From NCBI GenBank assembly GCA_965227295.1, contig OZ245742.1, positions 384,001 through 448,000 of the forward strand: a stretch of DNA of 64,000 nucleotides, written 5' to 3'. This document shows positions 48,858-57,600 of the stretch, piece after piece (position 1 is the stretch's first letter; each line of letters opens with the position of its first letter). The DNA comes from Leptonemataceae bacterium. GTDB taxonomy: Bacteria > Spirochaetota > Leptospiria > Leptospirales > Leptonemataceae. The notes beneath the pieces were generated by a model, which saw only the letters and a program-made list of their open reading frames with translations, did no database searches and was not told where the DNA came from. Made by a program: the position numbers and the translations under genes.

Positions 48858-51800
48858 TTACTCCACCGCCTCGACTTCACTGCCTTCCCGGAACTCACTG
48901 CGCGCGCGTTCCAGAAACTGCGCAATGGGCATGCGTTCCTGTTTGATCTCCTCTCCCCCCGGTTTCACCAGGATGCCGATGGCCCCGCCGCGGCGCACCC
49001 GCACGTACGAATACACGAGGCCGCCCTTCAACTCCACGCGAATGCTCGGAATCGCCAGCGTATTGTTCACGAGCAACGCCGCCACCTGGGTCGGCAACAG
49101 AATGCGCGTCACGAATCCGCTGAAGTCCTGTTCAATCTGATGAATCGACAACAACGCGTCCGTCGAGTAGAGATAATCCTCCAGGCTGCGCGTCGTCCAG
49201 CGTAAATCACCGGAGATTTCTCCCTTATACCGGTTCCGCCCGGGCAGGTACGGCTCGAGGTCCAGACGTTGCACCTGCAGGTTCAGTCCGGCTTCCATGT
49301 TCTTCTGCTCCAGGTCCGCCAGGTTAAAAAACAGACCACGGCCGTCCACGGTGCCGCCGGGTTCCCAGCGCGGCGCGCCGCCCTGTTCCGGCACGATTCG
49401 TTTGTGCGTGAGCATGCGCAGCCACTCAATCAACAGAATATTATTGCGATAGTCCACCCGCGCCGCGAGGCCCGGCTCGCCTTCGGCGGCCGGCGTGCCC
49501 GCGTAGTAGAAACGATAGACCGGCTCATGACCGAAGAACTCGCCGCGCGGGCTGTGCGAAGAGGAAAGCCCGCGTACGGTAAGATTCGGCTCGCTGGTCC
49601 GCCCGTAAGTGTTCTGGTAGGATCGGCCGGCGTTGTCGCTCAGGCGCAGGAGTTCCTTCGGATCAAGATCGTGTTCGAACGGCAGATCCAGGTTCAGATC
49701 TTTCACCGATAGACGATAGCAATCCGGACCGGGATTCGCGACGGCGCACGGGCCGTCGTTGTACACCAGGCTCAGCCCCTCCACGTCGATGCTGCCCTTC
49801 GCGGCGTTCTTTGCCACGTTCATGGCCAGCTTCAATGAACCCTGCATGCTGACGTTCTCGTGGACCCGGAACATGGAATCCCGCACCACGCGCAAATCCA
49901 CATCGGCCAGGGGAGTCCACTTCGCGTCCTCGCCCTCCCCGCTCTTCGTTAAAGTAAAATCCGCGTCCGCAAAGAGGGCGCCGCGCAGACCGCGCAGCCG
50001 CGCCGGTTGAATGCGAATCTCACGCTCGCCGAGAAAGACGTCCGCCTCGGCGTCCAGATCCTGAAGGCGCAGATAGGGGATGGCCAGGTTCGTACCCCGA
50101 CGCACTTTAATAGAAGTAAATCCGTCACCGAAACGCAGTTCGAACGGACTCTTCAGCGATACGCCTTTCGAAAGATACGTTTTGTACGGCGCCATAGTAT
50201 ACTGCAAACTACCGGGAAAGACGGCGTGCAGGTTCTCGTAGTCCACGTCCAGGGACTTCACGTTCACGTCGTACACGTGGTCGTCACCGAAACGAATGTT
50301 GCCGTCGGCGAAGAGATTGGCCAGGCGTTCGCCGGCCTGATTGCGCCCGTCCAGCTTTAGATCGCGCACGTCGATGGTAAGATCGTCCTCGAACAGCAAG
50401 GCCCCGTCGGCGTCGAGGGTGAGCCGATGCAGACCGGAGCGCGAGCGACCGATGAAGTAGCGGCCGTTGTTCAAACGTACCACGCCGTCGAAACCCAGGC
50501 GCCGAAAGTTTTCCGGGCTGCGCAGTTTGATGTCCGCGTCCACCCGGCCGCGGAGAATCTCCGGCACCAGGGTATCCAGGTCCAGGCCGGTGAGTTTGAG
50601 GTTCGCCGTCACGCCCTCCGCCGGAGCGAGGGCCGCGTCGCCCCTGAGGCGCGTCGCCCCGTACAACACTCGCAGTTCCGGCATGAGCAGTCGATAGAAG
50701 ATGCCGTAGACCAGGTCCTTGTCCGGCACGTAATCCGCCGGCGGATCGACGAACGGCAGCACCTGGTACAAATCCACGAGCGCCGCTAAGTCTACTTTAA
50801 AATCTCTTAGCGTCTCAATGCCCGAACCCGGAGCGATGATGACGCGCTGTGCTTCGATGTCGCCTTTCAAACTCAGGCGCTCCAGGCTGCCGAAGAGCTG
50901 CAACTCCTGAATCGTCGCCTCGCCTTCGATGAACGGTTTCGCCGCCCCCGTGATCGCGGCGATGAGACGGCCTACCGGTTCCAGATTAATGCTCGACCTC
51001 GCCACATCCAGGCGCAGACTGCGCGCGGACCCGGCGTCCGGAGAGGCGGCGTTGTTGACCTCGGCGGTAACGGTCAGCCAGCGATCGTTTGCGTGCTGCA
51101 CCTGAAATATAGGAATCAGCAAACGATCACTGGCCGCGTCGTAGGCGGTGTCGTAGTAGATCGAGAGCGGGACGCGCCGTGCCGCGGATCCGCCGCGGCG
51201 CAGACTTACTTCGGAGGTATCGGCGACGAGACGCGAGGCGAACTCGGTGACGCCTTCGCCGGTTTCGCGAAAGAGAAAGTAGGTGAGCCGCAGCCGCCCG
51301 TCGATGGACCGGTCCGCGCCCTTTAACTTGAGGTTCACGGGCTGGTAAGGATTCAGGGCGATGAGCAGCGTATCGAAGACGTCGAGTACATCCAGGGACA
51401 ACGGAATTTCCCGGAACGAACGCGTAATCGCCGCCACGCGCAGGTTAACGTTGTCGACGTTCAGGCGAAACTCGTCGCCGCTCTCTGCATCGACAGTGTG
51501 CATCGTCAGCGCAAAACGTTCGATGTAGACGTTCGCATAGACCTGAAAACGAAAGAACAGATTCACCGCCTCGGGGAGCGGCGTATCGTCTTCGTCCGGC
51601 GGCGGCTCGCTGCCTTCACCGGACGAAAATGCCGCCCAGTTCCAGCGCCCGTCCATCTTCGTTAAGTAGAGATGCGGCGCCTGGAGATGCAGCGTCCGCA
51701 GCCCCACGCGACCGATGAGCACGGACGGCAAAAACCAGGCCAGGCGCAGGCGTTCCGCGGTGACCAGCGGCCGGCCGCTCACGGAGTCCGAGAGTTTAAT

Positions 51801-52073
51801 GTCCCGGATGTCGAAGCCGTAGACCAGGCTCGCGCGTTCGACGTTGAGTTCGATCTTCGCGTCGGAGTTGCCTTCGACGAGCGTCCGCACGAGATACTCC
51901 ACGTTCGAAGGCTGCATCAGTATGTAGTACACAAGACTGAGCAGGAAAAGCGGCACGCTCAGCCGGAAGAGCCACTTCCCGGGACCCGAGCGCGAAAACC
52001 GCGAGAAGCGGCCCGGGCTCCCGGACGGAGCGCCGGAGGACTGTGGATCTTCGCCGGACCTGGCCATAGGCAT
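48858..52073 (-). CDS. AsmA/YdbH-like intermembrane bridge protein (1071 aa)
   Basis: N-terminal TM anchor, AsmA-like N-domain (LRTLHLQAPHLYLTKMDGRWNW), long amphipathic beta-strand repeats; lies upstream of a YdbL-like gene. Confidence 0.7.
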   Translation of the reverse strand: MPMARSGEDPQSSGAPSGSPGRFSRFSRSGPGKWLFRLSVPLFLLSLVYYILMQPSNVEYLVRTLVEGNSDAKIELNVERASLVYGFDIRDIKLSDSVSGRPLVTAERLRLAWFLPSVLIGRVGLRTLHLQAPHLYLTKMDGRWNWAAFSSGEGSEPPPDEDDTPLPEAVNLFFRFQVYANVYIERFALTMHTVDAESGDEFRLNVDNVNLRVAAITRSFREIPLSLDVLDVFDTLLIALNPYQPVNLKLKGADRSIDGRLRLTYFLFRETGEGVTEFASRLVADTSEVSLRRGGSAARRVPLSIYYDTAYDAASDRLLIPIFQVQHANDRWLTVTAEVNNAASPDAGSARSLRLDVARSSINLEPVGRLIAAITGAAKPFIEGEATIQELQLFGSLERLSLKGDIEAQRVIIAPGSGIETLRDFKVDLAALVDLYQVLPFVDPPADYVPDKDLVYGIFYRLLMPELRVLYGATRLRGDAALAPAEGVTANLKLTGLDLDTLVPEILRGRVDADIKLRSPENFRRLGFDGVVRLNNGRYFIGRSRSGLHRLTLDADGALLFEDDLTIDVRDLKLDGRNQAGERLANLFADGNIRFGDDHVYDVNVKSLDVDYENLHAVFPGSLQYTMAPYKTYLSKGVSLKSPFELRFGDGFTSIKVRRGTNLAIPYLRLQDLDAEADVFLGEREIRIQPARLRGLRGALFADADFTLTKSGEGEDAKWTPLADVDLRVVRDSMFRVHENVSMQGSLKLAMNVAKNAAKGSIDVEGLSLVYNDGPCAVANPGPDCYRLSVKDLNLDLPFEHDLDPKELLRLSDNAGRSYQNTYGRTSEPNLTVRGLSSSHSPRGEFFGHEPVYRFYYAGTPAAEGEPGLAARVDYRNNILLIEWLRMLTHKRIVPEQGGAPRWEPGGTVDGRGLFFNLADLEQKNMEAGLNLQVQRLDLEPYLPGRNRYKGEISGDLRWTTRSLEDYLYSTDALLSIHQIEQDFSGFVTRILLPTQVAALLVNNTLAIPSIRVELKGGLVYSYVRVRRGGAIGILVKPGGEEIKQERMPIAQFLERARSEFREGSEVEAVE

Positions 52074-52176
52074 TCAGAGCGTACGGCATTGCGTCACGGC
52101 CAGGAAAATTTCACCACCGATTTTGGGCCTTCGGGATGAATTTTCCGCTGCCGGACTTCGATGATAAACTACAGGC

Positions 52177-52560
52177 ATGCCCGGCAATCAGATACGTATC
52201 ATGGTCGTCGACGACGATCCCGAAATTCCCCGACTCATCCAGGCCCTCATCCCGGCCGATCGTTTCAAGATCAGCACGGCCTTCCATACCCAGGATGCGC
52301 TCACGAAGTTTCGGGACGAACATCCGCAACTCATCTTCCTGGACATCCACATGCCCGGCGCCTCGGGTTTCGTGGCCCTGCGCCGCCTGCGCAGCCTCGC
52401 CGCCGATACGTCCCGGGACGTGAAGATCATCATGCTCACCGCGCAGAAAACGAAAGAGGACGTCACGACGGCCCTGGCCTACGGCGCGGATGATTATCTC
52501 GTGAAGCCGTTTACGAAAGAGACGCTGATAGCGAAGATCGATCGGCACTTTCCGGGGTAG
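52177..52560 (+). CDS. Single-domain response regulator (CheY-like)
   Basis: IMVVDDD, FLDIHMPG, IIMLTA, DYLVKPF. Confidence 0.92.
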   Translation: MPGNQIRIMVVDDDPEIPRLIQALIPADRFKISTAFHTQDALTKFRDEHPQLIFLDIHMPGASGFVALRRLRSLAADTSRDVKIIMLTAQKTKEDVTTALAYGADDYLVKPFTKETLIAKIDRHFPG

Positions 52561-52599
52561 GGGCCTGCATTGCCTCAAGAGATCGCATCGCTGAAATCA

Positions 52600-53085
52600 C
52601 TACCTTCTTCTGCGCTTTTTAGGTTCAGCCAGACCCGTTATGCCATTTCGATTGAAGGCGTTCTTGATATGGAATTTTTGTTCGAAAGAGTAGTAGGATG
52701 ATTTCAGTACCAATTCGTAGCAACGCTTTAGCAGATCCGCCGAGAACGAACCTTTTACTTCAATTTGTTTTGAGTCAATTCTCCGTTCGACTTCTTGCTC
52801 AGGTTCGATCTTGGGAGGCGCACCAAAATCCAGAAGGCATTGCTGGTCAAATCCATAGTCGGCAAAGCCCGGTAGTCGCAGAATGGGATTGCCAGACCTC
52901 AATGCTCCCTCCTCGTAGTATTGGAACTGAGTAGTTGCTTTCACCAATATCAGGTAAGTCGGTTCTTCAATCAGCCCTGTATCACCCAGAACCACGAACC
53001 AAAAAGGTTTGATCGGAGATTGAGGATCATCCGGATTCTCGTATGAGTTCCATTTGAGAACCTGACCGGTTTTGCTAAAAGGCAT
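52600..53085 (-). CDS. Putative toxin partner of the Panacea antitoxin (possibly PemK/MazF-like fold)
   Basis: 9 bp downstream of the Panacea gene; AT-rich; GQVL..KPFWFVVLG..LILVKATTQ recalls the PemK-like beta barrel. Confidence 0.6.
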   Translation of the reverse strand: MPFSKTGQVLKWNSYENPDDPQSPIKPFWFVVLGDTGLIEEPTYLILVKATTQFQYYEEGALRSGNPILRLPGFADYGFDQQCLLDFGAPPKIEPEQEVERRIDSKQIEVKGSFSADLLKRCYELVLKSSYYSFEQKFHIKNAFNRNGITGLAEPKKRRRR

Positions 53086-53094
53086 AAACTTCTT

Positions 53095-53661
53095 TTAGAG
53101 CATAGCGGCGAGGAACTGCTCCCGGGCGACCGGATCTGATAGTGCTTCCATTTCATCCAGCAGATTCATTCTTTCGGAGGGACTAGCAGGATCGCGCCTG
53201 TCACGCCACGCTTTCTTCCATGCCAGAATCTCGTGCGTGGCTTCAATGAGCTTTTGATTGTTTTTGTAATTTGTCGCATACCTGTCGACAAGACTGTAAA
53301 TCTTGTCGATCTCATGGTCGCTCAATAAATCCAGATCGTACTCTGTATCCAGGGGAATAAACTTAATCTTTTCTGATCTGCTACCTTCCTCTATTTCAAT
53401 ACGAACTTTTTCGGATTCATAAGTTCCGCCGGATAGTTGTGAATTTAAATCAATGGGAACTGGCCCTTTTTCGAGGGCTCTGTATTCCAAATTCAACGGA
53501 GGGATGCCGGTTTCATGGAGTATTTCAAATTCGAATAGATCTATGTATTTGAAGAGAGACGTCTTGTATAGAGTCTGTCCTGACACGTTCTTGTGCTCAA
53601 CAGCAAGAAAATGTATAACGGAATCTAGTTTTCTCTTTTGCAGTCCGTTCATGTCATCCAA
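53095..53661 (-). CDS. Panacea (DUF4065/SocA-like) antitoxin
   Basis: KTSLFKYIDLFEFEILHETGIP..YRALEKGPVP and LIEATHE..AWKKAW. Confidence 0.8.
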   Translation of the reverse strand: MDDMNGLQKRKLDSVIHFLAVEHKNVSGQTLYKTSLFKYIDLFEFEILHETGIPPLNLEYRALEKGPVPIDLNSQLSGGTYESEKVRIEIEEGSRSEKIKFIPLDTEYDLDLLSDHEIDKIYSLVDRYATNYKNNQKLIEATHEILAWKKAWRDRRDPASPSERMNLLDEMEALSDPVAREQFLAAML

Positions 53662-53858
53662 TCCCCCGTAAAATCATGGAGGCGCAGGCATATAAATGTA
53701 TAGTGCATATAGCGCCGTGTCAAGCCAGAAGTTTCCAAAAAATGAGCGCATCGCAAGAACGCACATGCGGGATTTCTCTATCCTGACACCTATCTGCCAT
53801 TTTTTCAGCCTCACGACTCCAGAGGCCCGCGAAACCCGCCCCCGGCACGCCTCCTCAC

Positions 53859-53874
53859 TGGCACGTCACTTGCA
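53859..53874 (+). promoter_or_regulatory. Sigma-54 (-24/-12) promoter upstream of hsp20
   Basis: TGGCACG-TCAC-TTGCA matches the TGGCACG-N4-TTGCW consensus exactly, about 80 bp before the ATG. Confidence 0.7.
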
Positions 53875-53956
53875 ATCCTGCAGATACAGAGCGGCGCAAG
53901 ACGCCGGCTCCACATGAAATCTAACAACTGAGTTTCTAAAACAGGAGGAACAACCA

Positions 53957-54385
53957 ATGAAAGCACTGAGCAAAAACGGACACTACCCGAGCCTCTTTGA
54001 CAGCTTCTTCGGCGACCTGGATCGCGCCTTCCGCGCTCCGGCAACGGCGGCGCAGTACAGCCCGGCCGTCGAAGTCCGCAAAGGCGACGACGCCTATACC
54101 GTACGCGCGGTACTGCCGAACGTGAAAAAGGAAGATCTGAACGTTTCCGTGGAAGACGGTTATCTGAAGATCTCCGGCAAGTCGCAGTGGAAGAACGAAG
54201 AGAACTCGAAGGACGTCTACTCCGAGATCGTGCGCTACGAAAGCTTCGAGCGTTCACTGCGGGTGGACCAGGCCAGCTTCGACATCGATCGCATCGACGC
54301 GAAACTGGAAAACGGCGTACTCGAAGTAACGCTCCCGGTTCGGGAAGCCGTGAAGCCGAAACAGATCGAAGTCAAAGTCAACTAA
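53957..54385 (+). CDS. Hsp20/alpha-crystallin small heat-shock protein
   Basis: PAVEV..LPNVKKEDLNV..FERSL..AKLENGVLEVTLP; strong AGGAGG Shine-Dalgarno. Confidence 0.95.
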   Translation: MKALSKNGHYPSLFDSFFGDLDRAFRAPATAAQYSPAVEVRKGDDAYTVRAVLPNVKKEDLNVSVEDGYLKISGKSQWKNEENSKDVYSEIVRYESFERSLRVDQASFDIDRIDAKLENGVLEVTLPVREAVKPKQIEVKVN

Positions 54386-54408
54386 GTTGACGAATTCGTT
54401 TGGATGAT

Positions 54409-54440
54409 GCGGCTCCGCAGAAATGCGGGGCCGTTTTCAT
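54409..54440 (+). terminator. Rho-independent terminator after hsp20
   Basis: Stem gcggctccgca-GAAA-tgcggggccgt followed by tttcat. Confidence 0.7.
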
Positions 54441-54606
54441 GTACGCCTGCATTCTAGTTTCCGTTGCGTAAACCTTTGCAACGAAGCGCCGTCCTCCGTG
54501 CAGCTTCTACAGATTCGCGTCCGATTTTCATGTTAGCGCCGGGAGTCCGGCGGGCTCCGGTTTACGAATGCCGCTCGCTTTGCTTCGATGCGGAAGGAGA
54601 GCAATC

Positions 54607-57600
54607 ATGGCCGTAGATATTTCCCGCGATAACTTTCGTCCGGAGAAACAATACCGTTCCGTACTCATGCAGCAGGGGCGCATCCTCACGGATGCCGACT
54701 GGAACGAACAGGCTTCCATCGAAGCTTATCTGCGTCATGCCATCGGCCGGGACTTCGCCGGGGCCACCGGCGCCCCCCGACACCAGGCCGGCTTCGCTCT
54801 GACCTCAAACGGCAGCAGCCTCAACGCCGGCGCCGGACGTTTCTATATAAACGGCATGCTGGTGGAAAACCCCGCGGTCTTCGACCTGAGCAATCAGCCG
54901 TACCTGCCCGGCGTGAGCCTGCCGACGGTCGACGGGAGCTATCTCGCGTACCTCGACGTTATGCTACGACCGGTGACCGTCGTGGAAGATGCGGCCGTCC
55001 GTGACCCGGCCCTGGGCGGCATCAATACGGCGGCACGCCTGCAACTCGTATCGCAGATCAAACTACTGCCCCTGGCCGCGGGAACCTATGCGGCCTCCGA
55101 CGAACCCCAGGAGTGGAGCGATTTCGTAAACCGGGTTCGCGGTAAGATGCGCGCGCGCACTACCGCCGAAGGCGTCTCCACCGATCCCTGCCAGATCGGC
55201 GCGCGCGGCGGCTACAGCGGCCCGGACAATCATCTGTATCGCGTCGAGATTCACAACGGCGGCGCGCCGGGAACGGCCACGTATAAGTGGTCCCGGGACA
55301 ACGCCGGCCTTGTCACGGAATGGATCTCGCAGAACACGGACACCCTGGGCCTGCGCTTCAGCGGCCGCGACGAAGTCCAGAGCTTCCGCCCGGGACAGTG
55401 GATCGAGATCGACGACGAAGGCCTGGAACTCGAAGGCAGTCCCGGTACCCTGGCCCGCATCATCGCCGTGGGCGATAGCTCCGTAACCATCGATCCGGAT
55501 ACCTTAGTGCACTTCGACGGCGCTGGCGGACCCAACGCCCCGGGCGGCCGGGCACTGGACATTTCCGAATTCGATCGCGGCGTGCGGCGTGTTCGTCGCT
55601 GGGATATGGTTACGGCCGGCGGCCTGCGCACGACGCCGTCGGACGGCAGTTTCGTCGAAATCGAAAACGGCATTACCGTCGCCTTCGACGACGTCGCGGA
55701 CGGCACGCTCTATGAAAGCCGCGAGTACTGGCTGATTCCGGCGCGCGTCGGCAATCGTAACATTGAATGGCCCATGAACGCCGCCGGAACCGAGGCCGCC
55801 GCGCTCACTGCGTTGCCGGTGCACGAGTATGCCCGCCTCGCCTTCGTCGAACTCGCGTCTTCGAACTGGACCGTCGTCGCCGACGCGCGGCGCATCTTTC
55901 CGTCCCTGGGCGATGCGAACCTGCATTACGCCGGCGGCGACGGCCAATCACTCTTTCCGGGGCTGGAGCTGGCCGAGCCCCTGGCCGTGCGCATTTCCGC
56001 CGGCCCGGAACCGATTCCCGACGCCGTGGTTCGTTTTAGCGTAACCGGCGGCGACGGCAACTTAACGGACGCCACCGGAAGCGGCGCGAGCGGCAACAGC
56101 GTCGACCTGCGCAGCGACGGAGCCGGCCTCGCCGCGGTCCGCTGGACTACCGGCGCAGACCGCGACTCACAAACAGTCAGTGCTCAACTATTAGACGAGA
56201 ACGGCCAGCCGCTCCCGGCCGCTCTGGTCCGCTTCCGCGCGCACAAGAACCAGGCCGCGGCCGTGGAGTATACGGCGCCCGCGGACCCGGCCGATCCGCT
56301 CTACGGCAGCGAGACCACCCAGGCGGCGGTGGATGCCCTGAACGCGGCCAAGGTCAACCGCGCCGGCGACGTGATCAGCGGCGACCTGGAAGTCGAGGGC
56401 ACCCTGACGGTCCGCGGGGATATGATCGTCAAAGAAACCGAGAGCATCCCCGGCGACGTGATGCTGGGCGACCAGGACGAGGACACGATCACGATTCACG
56501 GCGAGGTCCGTTCCGCGCACAGCTCGGGCTCGCTCTTCGTGAGCGACGGTTTGTACGTGCGCGCCTCGGACGCGGCCGACGTACCACTGCGAGTGGACGC
56601 CGTGGTCCAGGGCCTGGCGGGACGTTCGTATCGCCGGCCGCTCACCGTCGACAACTCCGCCAACGCATCGCCCTTAACTGATTTTCAAGTATTGTTAACA
56701 ATGGACACCGCGGCGCTCATTTCCGGCGGTAAGATGCAGAGCGACGGCGATGACCTGCTGTTTCTCGACGAGGACGAGCTTACCTCGCTCCCGTACTGGA
56801 TCGAATCCGGCATAAACACCGCGAACACGCGCGTGTGGGTGCGCGTGCCCGTGCTGCCGGCAAACGGAACGCGGACGATCTACGTACTCTACGGAAACGA
56901 AAACGCCACCGCGCGTTCCTCGAAGGCGAATACGTTTCTCGGTGAGATCAGCGGCGTGGAAGTCGCTTACGCCATGGACGAGGGCACGGGTACCATCGTC
57001 GGAGATACGTCCGGCAACGGCCGGGATGCCGCGCTCGTCGGCGGCGGCTGGACCACCGGACGCGCCGGTGCGGGAACCGCGATCGCGTTGAACGGCGGCA
57101 CGGACGCGGTGGACCTGGCGAACATCACGAGCAACAACGATCTCTGGCGCAACCCCGGCCTAACGATCGCGGCCTGGTTTCGCGCGGACACGCTGCCGTC
57201 CGGGACCGCCGCGGCGATCTTCGACAATCTCAACGGCACGCCGGGGCCGGATCGTATCTTCGGTCACAGCATCGCGGTGGGGGATTCGAACATCTTATTC
57301 AGCGTCACCCGGGCCAGTCAGGCGTTTGGGACACCGATCATGACGGTAACTCCCGGCCAGTGGTACTTTGTGGCGCTGACCGCTGAAGACACGCCCGCGG
57401 GCATCAACTTCCACGGTTACGTCAACGGAACTTCGACCATGAACCCGACCGCCTCGGGCAGCCTGAGCGATTATCCGGCGACACAAACGCCGACATACTT
57501 CGCGCTGCTCGGCAATTCGAATCTGGACCACGCGCCCTTCGACGGCGCCCTGGACGACGTGCGCATCTACAACCGCGCACTTTCGCCCACGGAGATTGCC

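Noticed and set aside
53855-53890. CIRCE element upstream of hsp20
   Set aside because: It does not match TTAGCACTC-N9-GAGTGCTAA; the sigma-54 motif fits exactly.
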